From positions 880 to 64,879 of the forward strand of contig CALIHP010000055.1 of assembly GCA_938020565.1 (NCBI GenBank): a stretch of DNA of 64,000 nt, in the 5' to 3' direction. This stretch comes from an uncultured Anaerolineaceae bacterium (lineage in GTDB: Bacteria; Chloroflexota; Anaerolineae; Anaerolineales; Anaerolineaceae). Position 1 is the first letter of the stretch. The number at the start of each line of letters is the position of its first letter. Below, piece by piece: positions 1 through 9,512 of this stretch. The position numbers and the translations under genes are program-made. Under the pieces are notes generated by a model, which saw only the letters and a list, made by a program, of their open reading frames with translations, searched no databases and was not told where the DNA came from.

Positions 1-324
1 GATCTATCGATTTATTTAGCCTATCTTTGCGCGAAATACGAATTGAAAAACGCTAAAGTCATTGAGGATTCCGGAATTAACGGAGACTACTTTTATCAGA
101 TTCTTTCCGGGAAACGAAAACCGTCGAGAGATAAAACGATCCGTCTCGCGTTCGGAATGAAACTTGATATAAAGGAAACGCAGAGGCTCCTGAATTGCAG
201 CGGCGCGAGCGAGCTTTATCCTCGCAACCGGCGCGACGCAATTATTCTATTCGCTCTCGAACATCGTATTTCAATTTACGAAACGAATGATTTTCTGTAT
301 GAACTATCGGAGCCATTACTATGA
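1..324 (+). CDS. XRE-family HTH protein, 5' truncated by the window edge
   Basis: Frame is open from base 1. HTH-like SGINGDYFYQILSGKRKPSRDK and C-terminal LYPRNRRDAII motif. Stop overlaps the next start (ATGA). Confidence 0.7.
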   Translation, partial: DLSIYLAYLCAKYELKNAKVIEDSGINGDYFYQILSGKRKPSRDKTIRLAFGMKLDIKETQRLLNCSGASELYPRNRRDAIILFALEHRISIYETNDFLYELSEPLL

Positions 325-1916
325 AGAAAGCCTCTTCCGCAATCCTGCTCGGCGTTCTCTGCGCATTGATCCTTCTGGGATTCGGGTCCTCCGGATTTTA
401 CTTCAGCCAAAAACTGTTTCAGATTTCCCAAAAGAGCAGGCAAACGAATTTCATAAATGCGGCAGGGGAAACCACGCAGAGCTCCGAACTCCGACAAATT
501 GAAATCCGGCTGACTTCGTCGGGCACCCCTGTTTCAGGATTCAGCGGTTCAGCCGACGGGACGAACTGGGTATCTGCCGATAACGAAGTGTTAACCCTTG
601 CTTCGACGAAGTTCGGCACAGTTACCGTCGTTAAAGGGAACCGTCAGGTTCAAAGAACGCTCACGCCGAAAGAGGTATCCGACGGGAACCTGACGATCGA
701 CCTCGACGCCGCGCCGGAAGCTCCCGAAATCCTGATCGTTAACGGAACCGACCTTCGAGACAGAACTACGCTGCTTTACCCCGTCTCAAACGCGGACGAA
801 GCCGCTTTCGAATCCGAACTCTCCGAAGCCGAGATTACCGAGGAAAACGGCGAATTCCTGATCCGTCTCCCGAAAGATCATCATCAGAAATTCTTTCATT
901 ATTTTAAGCTTCGGGCCGCTAATCCGGCGGGATCGGCTGAGACGACGATCGGTATTCTTAACCTTCCGGAGCGGGAACCCACCCCGATTTACACTTTTGA
1001 GGATTTCGACGGAATGCGCCGGAATCTCTCGGGATCGTATCGCCTGATGAATGATCTCGATCTGAGCTCAATTGAAAACTGGACGCCGATCGGAACGGAT
1101 CAATATCCCTGGAAAGGCTTTTTTGATGGCGGCGGATTCGCGATCCGAGGCTTCGCGATAACAAAAACCGAATTGGAGAAAAACGAAAACGGGGTCTCCA
1201 TTTTCGGCGCCACGCAAAACGCAGTCATTCGCAACCTGAGGATTATCGAACCGAAAATCAGGATCCTCAACAGCGACCCGCGAAAAACGCTCGCAGCCGC
1301 GATTGTTGTCCGCGCGGCCACCGACACGCTGATCGAAAATATCGGCGTCTTCGGCGGGGAAATTACATCGGTCAACGCTGGCGCTTCAGGAATCATCGCA
1401 GGAATGAACCGTTCCGTACTCAGCAATCTTTTTAATAGCGCAACGGTTACGACCGACTGGGATCAGCCAGTTTTATATAATACCGCCGGGATTCTCGGGA
1501 TCGGCGTCGGATATATCCGGAACTGCGCTAACGAAGGCGCAATTTACGGACGCCACCTGACCGGCGGAATTACCGCGTTGGCGAACGCGACGATCTCGCG
1601 AACGATTAACAGTGGAAGAATTTACGGACTGCCGCTCGTCGGCGAATACCCGCCCGGCGGCATCTTCCAGACTTCCGATTCGGGCCATATCTACGATTCG
1701 CTCTTTACGCTCGGAAGCGCGGTCCACGGCGGAGCGATCTTCAGCGGCGGGGTTATCGACAACGTCCGAGCCATCGGCAAAGCCGATTTGACCGACCCGG
1801 CGATGCTCGCAGTTTTAGGATCTTTCAGCGGGTCCGATCCTGATTGGATCTTTAACAGCAGCCTCGCGAACGGCCCGATTCCTGCGGCAATTTTCTCCGG
1901 AAAGGAGATACGATAA
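321..1916 (+). CDS. Membrane-anchored or secreted GLUG-motif beta-helix protein
   Basis: N-terminal hydrophobic helix; YRLMNDLDLSSIENWTPIG...FDGGG and GGI/N-x-G repeats; paralogous to the extracellular part of the downstream kinase. Confidence 0.7.
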   Translation: MKKASSAILLGVLCALILLGFGSSGFYFSQKLFQISQKSRQTNFINAAGETTQSSELRQIEIRLTSSGTPVSGFSGSADGTNWVSADNEVLTLASTKFGTVTVVKGNRQVQRTLTPKEVSDGNLTIDLDAAPEAPEILIVNGTDLRDRTTLLYPVSNADEAAFESELSEAEITEENGEFLIRLPKDHHQKFFHYFKLRAANPAGSAETTIGILNLPEREPTPIYTFEDFDGMRRNLSGSYRLMNDLDLSSIENWTPIGTDQYPWKGFFDGGGFAIRGFAITKTELEKNENGVSIFGATQNAVIRNLRIIEPKIRILNSDPRKTLAAAIVVRAATDTLIENIGVFGGEITSVNAGASGIIAGMNRSVLSNLFNSATVTTDWDQPVLYNTAGILGIGVGYIRNCANEGAIYGRHLTGGITALANATISRTINSGRIYGLPLVGEYPPGGIFQTSDSGHIYDSLFTLGSAVHGGAIFSGGVIDNVRAIGKADLTDPAMLAVLGSFSGSDPDWIFNSSLANGPIPAAIFSGKEIR

Positions 1917-4342
1917 TGAACGGACATATCCCCGAATCATTCGCACAATTCGAAGACGATTTCAAGAGAAAGATGGAGAACGTCCTTCCGGAACCGTTCG
2001 AGAACGAATATGAATGCCTTTCGGTTTTAGCCGAAAATCAGGAAAGGAGCGTTTTCCTTGTCCGCGAAAAAAGCACCGGGCTGAAACGGATCCTTAAAGT
2101 AACTTCCGAGACCAACAGCAACAGCGTCAGATCCGAATATAAATTTCTCTCCAGCCTTGACCACCCAGCCATCCCGAAAGCGCTCCGCTTCGAAAAAATC
2201 GAGGACAAAGGCATCCTGATCCGTGAATATGTCGAAGGAGAAACGCTGTCCGAAAGAGTCAGCCGCGCCGGTCCGTTTTCCGTTCGGGAAACGCTGGAAT
2301 TGGCGCGCCAGGTTTGCGACGTTCTATCCTTTCTTCACCTTCAATCTCCGCCGATTATCTATAAAGATATCAAACCGCAGAATATTATTCTTTCGTCCGA
2401 CGTTAAAATCCACCTGATCGATTTCGGGATCTCCCGGGAATACGATCCGACGAAAACGACCGACACGAAAATCATCGGCAGCTTCCAATATGCCTCGCCG
2501 GAACATCTCGGATTCCGGGCGACCGATACCCGCAGCGACATTTTTTCTCTGGGCCGACTGATAAATTTTCTCGTGACCGGAGACGCTTTTACTTTCCCGG
2601 GCGATCCCGCCCTGGTTCGGATTGCCTCCCGCTGCACCGACGTTTCGCCAGATAAACGCTTCCCATCCGCTAACGCGCTATCCAAAGAGATCACCCGCTT
2701 GCTGAATCCGATCTCAAAAAAAGAAAAAATCCGTTTTGCGGCAGCGTTTATCGGCGCGTTCCTCCTCGGAACGCTGATCCTGCTGAAATTCATCCTTCCG
2801 CGGCCGGACCTCCGGGAACGCGTCGACCCAGCCGCCCAAACGCTCGCGGTCGTCGAGGCAGCCGAAATTTCGATCCGCGTTCAGGCGCTCGAAAACGGAA
2901 AACCCATCCAGAATGCCGCTGTTTCAGCAGATTATCATCATTGGTATATACCGGATTCGTCCGGGAAAGCAACGTTATCTCTCCCGGCATTCCAGAAATA
3001 TACGATCGTCGTCGCGAAAGGAAACCAGACCGTTCGAAAAACGGTCGGCGCCGAATCGGCGGAAGCGCGATCGTTGAATCAGATCGATTTAAACGCGGCG
3101 CCGTACGCGCCGGAAGAAATTCGGCTTAAAGGCAATTTCGGCGAAGCCTTGAGTTTCCCACTGGAATTGACGAACGTCGACAGCGTTGCCTTGAAAGGGA
3201 ATCCGATCGAAATTGAAGTCGCTCAGCCTGACGATCCCCCGAATCAGGACGGCGCGGACGAATGGATCCTGACCGTATCGGAATCGATCGCGCAGCCCGG
3301 AATCTATCCGATTTTTCTGACCGGATCGAACGAAAACGGACGCGTTCAAACGCTGGTCGAATTAAATCTGATGGTCAACAAACCCGAAACGTTCATATCG
3401 ACGATCGACGACCTCAACCTGATTCGAAACAATCCCGGCGGAAAATACGTCCTCACGAAAGACCTTGACCTGAGCGACGTCGAAAGCTGGAAGCCCATCG
3501 GTTCCAAAGACGCTCCGTTCACCGGAACGTTCGACGGCAAAGGTCACCGGATCCACGGACTTTCTATTTCAAGCGGCAATACCGCCGGGATTTTCGGATA
3601 TATCAGTCACGCCGCAATACGAAATATCATCCTTGTCAATCCCGAGATCCGACTGGTTGAGCCGACGACATACACCGGAGTCGGCGGCATCGCCGGAATC
3701 AACAGCCTCAGTCTGATCGAGAACTGCGCCGTTCTTGACGGAGAAATCTACGCCGACGTCGTTTTCGAAAGCGGCGCCGGCGGAATCCTCGGTGTTAACG
3801 AAGACGGAATCGTCCGGCATGTTTTCAATTCAGCCTCGATTACGATCGAAAACAACGGAAGCCGTAACGAATCAGACAGTAACTCCGGCGGGATCGCCGG
3901 AGCGAACAGCGGCTACATCAGCGACGCAGCAAACTCAGGCCGGATCAGCGGACCGTCCCTCGTCGGCGGAATATCCGCCTTTAACAACGAGGGCATCATT
4001 ACGCGAACGCTGAATTCCGGAATGATCCAGGGGATGCATTATATTCAGAACGCGGCTTATCCGCCCGGCGCGATCAGTCATCTTCTTGGCGCAGGCCGGT
4101 TGATATCAGATTCCGTCTTTTTAGAGACGACGGCAATAAAAGGAGCGACCGTCTGGAACGGAGGGACGCTCCTGAATATCGTTCCGATGAGCGACGAGCG
4201 GCTAAGGTCGCTCTCTGAAGTCCGGAAAATATTCGGGGGAGCGGATGAAGGAATGAATTGGACGATGAAACCCGAAATTTCGCCATATCCGATCCCCGCG
4301 CGGATCTTCGATTCGGACGAGCTTTCGCGAATCGAGAAATAA
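1916..4342 (+). CDS. Transmembrane Hanks-type Ser/Thr kinase with extracellular GLUG beta-helix domain
   Basis: YKDIKPQN, IDFGIS, YASPE and SDIFSLG motifs; one TM helix at about aa 275-295; C-terminal GLUG repeats. Confidence 0.85.
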   Translation: MNGHIPESFAQFEDDFKRKMENVLPEPFENEYECLSVLAENQERSVFLVREKSTGLKRILKVTSETNSNSVRSEYKFLSSLDHPAIPKALRFEKIEDKGILIREYVEGETLSERVSRAGPFSVRETLELARQVCDVLSFLHLQSPPIIYKDIKPQNIILSSDVKIHLIDFGISREYDPTKTTDTKIIGSFQYASPEHLGFRATDTRSDIFSLGRLINFLVTGDAFTFPGDPALVRIASRCTDVSPDKRFPSANALSKEITRLLNPISKKEKIRFAAAFIGAFLLGTLILLKFILPRPDLRERVDPAAQTLAVVEAAEISIRVQALENGKPIQNAAVSADYHHWYIPDSSGKATLSLPAFQKYTIVVAKGNQTVRKTVGAESAEARSLNQIDLNAAPYAPEEIRLKGNFGEALSFPLELTNVDSVALKGNPIEIEVAQPDDPPNQDGADEWILTVSESIAQPGIYPIFLTGSNENGRVQTLVELNLMVNKPETFISTIDDLNLIRNNPGGKYVLTKDLDLSDVESWKPIGSKDAPFTGTFDGKGHRIHGLSISSGNTAGIFGYISHAAIRNIILVNPEIRLVEPTTYTGVGGIAGINSLSLIENCAVLDGEIYADVVFESGAGGILGVNEDGIVRHVFNSASITIENNGSRNESDSNSGGIAGANSGYISDAANSGRISGPSLVGGISAFNNEGIITRTLNSGMIQGMHYIQNAAYPPGAISHLLGAGRLISDSVFLETTAIKGATVWNGGTLLNIVPMSDERLRSLSEVRKIFGGADEGMNWTMKPEISPYPIPARIFDSDELSRIEK

Positions 4343-4500
4343 AAAGAAGAATGCCCCGGTTTTCTCTTCTCCACCGGGGCTAAAAAAAATCATTGAAGCT
4401 GCTTGGGCTCTCCGACTGGTTGAAACAATCCATTTCCGATTCCCAAGCCAATCGCCAGATAAACAAACCATTTGCGCATATCGGCTGCCGCCAGAAATGA

Positions 4501-6429
4501 TCAGATGATATGAATCTTGTTTTGATTCTGCGGGAATGAACGGTATATACCGTTGATATCCCGCCCGAAATCCCCTTCCGGAGTCTCGACGACCAGATAA
4601 TAAAACTGTTTATTGACGATCTTCGTCTTCAGAAAAGCCAACGCATCAGGCTTATTCGATCCCTTATAGTATTCGTAGGTATATTTCCCGTCAGGGCTTT
4701 TTTGGGTAGATTCGAATTTGACCCGATTTGGGTCGCCAAAGACGACCGGCTCGGCTTTGACCGAAGCGTCTGGAGCGCTGCTGTTCTTCCGTTTTCCACC
4801 GTTCTCCTTGAAAGCGGATTCCGCCTGCTTGAATTCTTCGAGCGTTAAATCCGTCCCGGAAATCATCGCTTCGAATTTCCCGGTCGTCTTGTTGTCAGAT
4901 TTCACCTCGTACAACCCGAACGTCATTAACCGGTCGCAGATCAGCTTCCCGCTGTCCTCCGCTTTATGAAAAAATGGCAGCGAAAGGAACGCTTTTTCAC
5001 CCGCCGAGTAGGACGGCATGGTGAACAGCGTAAACTGCGGTTTCACCGCGGACTGCATCCGCTCGATCATCCAGTACGACGTCGCCTGTCCCATGTTGTC
5101 CTGGCGAGTCCCCATATTGTCGCGTTCGTAATATTTCGGATCGGACGAGCCGTTCGGAACGGCGCTGATGTCCGCGAACATGTGAATACAGTCTTCGCAG
5201 ACGGCGCTGCCCGGCGATTTATCCTGATCGCGCATGCGATCGATATCCGCGTCCGTCATCCTGTGCCCCGTGATAGCGGCGAACGGACCGGATTTCATGT
5301 ACTCCCGGTATTCCGGAGAGGCGTAGAAAACGTCGTTCGGAACGGCGTAAGCCTTTTTCCCGCTCAGTCCCTTGTTGCAGACGTCGCAGACGCCGCCTTT
5401 TTTATAGCCCAGATACGATTCGTCATAGGAGGCGAACGACGCGAGCGGCTTCTTCGTCGCGGATGCGTTCCCCATTGCTTGTGCGTTTTCGTTTCCTGTG
5501 AGGTTCTTGAACTTTTCGGTTATGACGGCCATTTTATCGATCGCAGTTTTCAGGTTCATCGCGACCGTCAGGCATCTGTTTACCACTGCGTTTTGGTTAA
5601 TGTTCCCCGCATTGAGCTGCGTTTTTTGGACGTTCTGGACGAGCGTCTGATTGACCTGATGGGCGGTGACGGCGAGCGCTGTCAGCTCGACGAGCCCGAA
5701 CGCCGGGCTCAGGCTGTTCACCTGACGCTCGCAGGACGCATAAACTTCGTCAAGAGAGCGGTTCTGATTCGCTTTCACGCCAATATCGATCGCGAATTTC
5801 AGCGCGTCTTTCTCTTCGTGGGTAAAACGATGCAGCGTTACGGCGTACTGTCCGCAGATTTTGCAGCGGACGAAATCCGGGTCGTCGGTCGGCTCGTTTT
5901 TATGCGGACGGAAAGTTTCAGTTCCGCAGATTGTGCATTTATTAATGCAGCGATCCGGAACCGCCCGAAAATTGTGCTTCGGCCGCGTCGCGGCGCAGAC
6001 GGAGCAGGTTTCGAGACATTTTGCCCGGTCGTATGTCCAGCGATGCCCCTCCCTCACGCATTTTTCGGCCAGCCCCACGCCGGTTTCCTTGCAGAGGAAG
6101 ATCAGCACGACGATTTGGCCGAAGAACGGGAGAAGGTTCCAAAGCAGGATTTTCCAATCGTAGCCGGCGTCGTTCAGCCGCCGAACCGCCATCGAGAGCA
6201 TCGGGATCACGTTGATGACGCCGTATATGGCCTCTAAATAGCCGATATAGGTCGGTACCTCTGACATCTGTGGGATATCTATAAATCCGCCGATCACCAG
6301 GCTGCCCGCAAACATCCATATAATATAGATCAGGAACCAGGCTAATACCGCGAGCCAGTAATCACGGCGGTTTGTCTTTCCGCTGAAATCGAAATAACCT
6401 TTCCAATATTGACCGTAAGCTTTAATCAT
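4501..6429 (-). CDS. DUF805-like membrane protein fused to Cys/His-rich repeats and unknown C-terminal domains
   Basis: GGAGG RBS before MIKAYGQYWKGYFDFSGKTNRRDYW; VRRLNDAG motif; several CxxC...H repeats. Confidence 0.7.
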   Translation of the reverse strand: MIKAYGQYWKGYFDFSGKTNRRDYWLAVLAWFLIYIIWMFAGSLVIGGFIDIPQMSEVPTYIGYLEAIYGVINVIPMLSMAVRRLNDAGYDWKILLWNLLPFFGQIVVLIFLCKETGVGLAEKCVREGHRWTYDRAKCLETCSVCAATRPKHNFRAVPDRCINKCTICGTETFRPHKNEPTDDPDFVRCKICGQYAVTLHRFTHEEKDALKFAIDIGVKANQNRSLDEVYASCERQVNSLSPAFGLVELTALAVTAHQVNQTLVQNVQKTQLNAGNINQNAVVNRCLTVAMNLKTAIDKMAVITEKFKNLTGNENAQAMGNASATKKPLASFASYDESYLGYKKGGVCDVCNKGLSGKKAYAVPNDVFYASPEYREYMKSGPFAAITGHRMTDADIDRMRDQDKSPGSAVCEDCIHMFADISAVPNGSSDPKYYERDNMGTRQDNMGQATSYWMIERMQSAVKPQFTLFTMPSYSAGEKAFLSLPFFHKAEDSGKLICDRLMTFGLYEVKSDNKTTGKFEAMISGTDLTLEEFKQAESAFKENGGKRKNSSAPDASVKAEPVVFGDPNRVKFESTQKSPDGKYTYEYYKGSNKPDALAFLKTKIVNKQFYYLVVETPEGDFGRDINGIYRSFPQNQNKIHII

Positions 6430-6708
6430 GTTTTCCTCCTTGCATTTCCCATCTAAGGCAGGTTTAACGTCGCCCGACTTCGCGATCAGATACGAAATCC
6501 CCCCGCCGATCAGCGCGAAAAACAGCGCCAACGCATTAAGAAGCTCCTATTCCCAAATCGGCTGCGTTTCCGAGGCGTACGCCGATAAATTCAAATCCGA
6601 CCCACGGAATAATCGTCAGGACGACGTAAACGGCCGGTTTTTACCCCGTTCCGCGGCGTTTTTACTGTTCTTTTGGCAGAGCAGAATAATTCCGATAATC
6701 TCTAACAT
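6430..6708 (-). pseudogene. Frameshifted small membrane protein
   Basis: GGAGG RBS and ATG at 6708 (MLEIIGIILLCQKNSKNAAERGK). Hydrophobic continuation in a second frame (KPAVYVVLTIIPWVGFEFIG...) and a third frame (ALALFFALIGGGISYLIAKS). Confidence 0.55.
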
Positions 6709-6739
6709 GATTTTTCCTCCTTCTGTTTTTCGATCCAAA

Positions 6740-7519
6740 TCAGCGGCGCATTGTCAACATAGGAATTATGATGCTCGCTCCCCAGATCAGACAGGATAGA
6801 ACGAACAGGATAGTGTTGCCGATCAACAGTTTCTTAACGTCTTTTTCTTCGTGCGCATAAATTCCGCTATTTACCTTTTTGAGCGTCTTCGCGCCGACGA
6901 TCCAGAACAGCAGCCCGATCGGAATCGCGATAAACGGACCGGGCAGCGTCGAAGGATCGGCAAACATCATGACGCTCGCAATCACGAATACCACGCCGGT
7001 GGCGATATTCAGGATCGAGAACCCTTTTTGTCCCTTTGTATTTAATTGATTCGGCTGAGCCGACGCTGCGCTGGCGTTATGAGCCGGCTTTACGGTTTCG
7101 GACGGTGTTTCCGCGGAGCGGGGAGATTGACGCGGCGAGGATTCTTTTTCGACGATGTCGCGGAATTTATCGAGATAATCCTGCTGCTTTTTGCATTCGT
7201 TCGGATAACCGCTGGCGGTAAAATTCGCGCCGTTTTTCGGACAGATCCTCTTCGAAAAAACGCAGCCGTTTCCGTCCGCACGAACCGAATAGGTATCGTC
7301 CGCCCAATGACCGACGATAGTGACATTTCCGGCCTCGCGATAGTTCGCCAGCCCGCTGACGCCGCCGTATTGCCCGCCGTAGCGGACCGATCCGTTCTCG
7401 CGCCAATCCGCTTCTTCGATCGGTACGCCGTACCAATCGATCCAGCGTGTCTTGTCCTTGAAAACGCTCCAGGCCTGTTCCGGGGATGCGTTGATTTTTA
7501 CCGATACGTTTACGTCCAT
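6740..7519 (-). CDS. SRPBCC/START-like domain protein with three C-terminal TM helices
   Basis: VSVKINASPEQAWSVF...WIDWY N-terminus; hydrophobic C-terminus; GAAGGAG RBS. Confidence 0.6.
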   Translation of the reverse strand: MDVNVSVKINASPEQAWSVFKDKTRWIDWYGVPIEEADWRENGSVRYGGQYGGVSGLANYREAGNVTIVGHWADDTYSVRADGNGCVFSKRICPKNGANFTASGYPNECKKQQDYLDKFRDIVEKESSPRQSPRSAETPSETVKPAHNASAASAQPNQLNTKGQKGFSILNIATGVVFVIASVMMFADPSTLPGPFIAIPIGLLFWIVGAKTLKKVNSGIYAHEEKDVKKLLIGNTILFVLSCLIWGASIIIPMLTMRR

Positions 7520-7609
7520 GGTTTTTCTCCTTCATGATAAATTTTCGATTACGGTAAAGCCGGCAGGTTTCCGGTCTTCCGGCTTTACCCGGGCCTGAGA
7601 TGATGACGG

Positions 7610-8704
7610 TTATTCGCGTTTTCCGAGAATCGTCAGCACGCCGTCTTCCAGCGAATAACAGATTTCATCGTCTCCCGATTGGAGCGAGACTTTTGAAATG
7701 TTGAACTGCTTCTCGCTCTTATCGAAAAACAGGAGCACCATCGGTTTCTTCTCGTTCAGCGCAGAGAACGCCTGAATTTCTTTACCATCCGCGAAGAGTT
7801 TTTCATATCTGATTTTTTCGTTCGTGTCGAGATCGATAAAATCGAATACGTTGTTCTTCTGGTCGATATTCCGAACCCCCATGACGTTCGCGCAGCCGTC
7901 GCTTTCAGCGCCGCTCTCCAACTCGTCCGCGGTCTCAACACGTTCGCAGTCGATCGTATAATCAAATTTTCGTCCGCTCGCGAACGTCGTCGTCACGTCC
8001 AGCGTTAAGATTCCGTCGATATATCGGTACGCTCCTTCGCAGCCGGTTAAGTTCAGCGCGTTCTTTTCCGGGAGATCGACCTTGAACGTCTTATCGCCGG
8101 CTTCGAGCGTCGCGTCGTACGTTTCCGAATAATCGTTCTGTGTAAAACGATAGGATCCGGTTCCGTCTTCGTTGATCGTAAATTCCAGAGCAATATTCAT
8201 TTCCGGAACAAGCCCTTTCCAGTCGCCCGCGAATTCCGCGAACGGATTTTCCGGCGTCTTGGTCGGAACGGGCGTCGGGAGGTTTTCGAAACTATATTTT
8301 GAGCCGAAGAAATAATGCAATTCGTTTCTTCCATGCTCGTCGGTTAGTTCGACGCGTATCGCTTTCGGGCGCTTTTCACAGCGCAGCGAAGATGAGAAGA
8401 CGACCATACCGTCTTCCTTCGTTTCAACGAACGGCTCAAGCGGAACTAATTCATCATTACAGATGCCTTCTCCCGTGACTGTTTTGGGCGCCAACGGTTC
8501 TCCGGTTACGGCGTTTGAGACGAGCGGGATGATCCTGATATAAGCGGTATCGTCCGCGTCAACGTATTTTCCCTCAATAGTAATAACCCCGAACAATAAA
8601 GAGCCCATATTTGCATTGTCCGTATCGGCGTCTGCGAAAACGTTTTCTCCGATAAATACAGCTCCGAAGAGCAAAAGAATAAGACATAACAAACGTTTTT
8701 TCAT
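7610..8704 (-). CDS. Secreted hypothetical protein
   Basis: Signal peptide MKKRLLCLILLLFG...VFA; PTPVPT linker; acidic composition. Confidence 0.65.
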   Translation of the reverse strand: MKKRLLCLILLLFGAVFIGENVFADADTDNANMGSLLFGVITIEGKYVDADDTAYIRIIPLVSNAVTGEPLAPKTVTGEGICNDELVPLEPFVETKEDGMVVFSSSLRCEKRPKAIRVELTDEHGRNELHYFFGSKYSFENLPTPVPTKTPENPFAEFAGDWKGLVPEMNIALEFTINEDGTGSYRFTQNDYSETYDATLEAGDKTFKVDLPEKNALNLTGCEGAYRYIDGILTLDVTTTFASGRKFDYTIDCERVETADELESGAESDGCANVMGVRNIDQKNNVFDFIDLDTNEKIRYEKLFADGKEIQAFSALNEKKPMVLLFFDKSEKQFNISKVSLQSGDDEICYSLEDGVLTILGKRE

Positions 8705-8708
8705 GGCA

Positions 8709-8846
8709 TCATTCCTTCGATTTTCCAAAAAAGGCGGCGAGGATTCCTTCCAGGATCACGCCGGCTAACGCCCCGAATATGATATTTCCTGTTTTCTGCC
8801 AGACAAGCCATCCGATAAAAACCGGCACAATTGCGAGCACACCCAT
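8709..8846 (-). CDS. Small two-TM protein (45 aa)
   Basis: AGGAGG RBS; MGVLAIVPVFIGWLVWQKTGNIIFGALAGVILEGILAAFFGKSKE. Confidence 0.6.
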   Translation of the reverse strand: MGVLAIVPVFIGWLVWQKTGNIIFGALAGVILEGILAAFFGKSKE

Positions 8847-8901
8847 GTTATCCTCCTGTATTCCCGCCTGATTTATTGCAAATCTCATCTTCCGCCGGAA
8901 T

Positions 8902-9459
8902 CTATTCTGTTTCGGCCTCTTCTTCGTCTTTCTTCGATTTTTCCAACGCCCCGTTGACGTCAACGTTCTCTATCGGTTCCAACAGATTCATTCTGACCGA
9001 AATCCTCTCACCTTTTTTCTCCGTCGGGATCAGCAATTTTGCATTTTCCAACGCTTCAACGCCCCGATCTTCCAGGTCGTAAGCGTATCCGAATATGGCA
9101 ACGGTGTCTTTATTCGAGGAAGAATCACCTTTGGAAGCCTTATGCGTAATCGTCAGATAGGGTTTATATTCAACAACCTGATTCTGATCCTGAACAGAAA
9201 ATATAAAATCTCCTTTTTTCTTGTTGATAAGATCTTTGGAAATTTCCCCGTCAAGACTTTCCATCAGGACCATAACGATAAGATGATCCGGCTTCATGAA
9301 AGCTTCCGGCAAAACGGGATGGATGATCAGGTGCGTCACCTCTATCGTATACTGATCGCGCTGCCACGGGAAAATCGTTCCCCCTTCATCAGCAAAGACC
9401 GAACCGGCAGCGAGCATAACAACCAAAAACGAAAAGACAATGATTAAACTTTTTTTCAT
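8902..9459 (-). CDS. Secreted hypothetical protein
   Basis: Signal peptide MKKSLIIVFSFLVVMLAAGSVFA; GAAGGA RBS. Confidence 0.65.
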   Translation of the reverse strand: MKKSLIIVFSFLVVMLAAGSVFADEGGTIFPWQRDQYTIEVTHLIIHPVLPEAFMKPDHLIVMVLMESLDGEISKDLINKKKGDFIFSVQDQNQVVEYKPYLTITHKASKGDSSSNKDTVAIFGYAYDLEDRGVEALENAKLLIPTEKKGERISVRMNLLEPIENVDVNGALEKSKKDEEEAETE

Positions 9460-9512
9460 GCTGATCCTTCTTCCTTTTTTATTTCGAATTTCTCGATTTC
9501 ATCGTATTCCAA

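Noticed and set aside
4966..6237. 423-aa plus-strand ORF
   Set aside because: Antisense to the DUF805 fusion gene; Arg-rich shadow composition.
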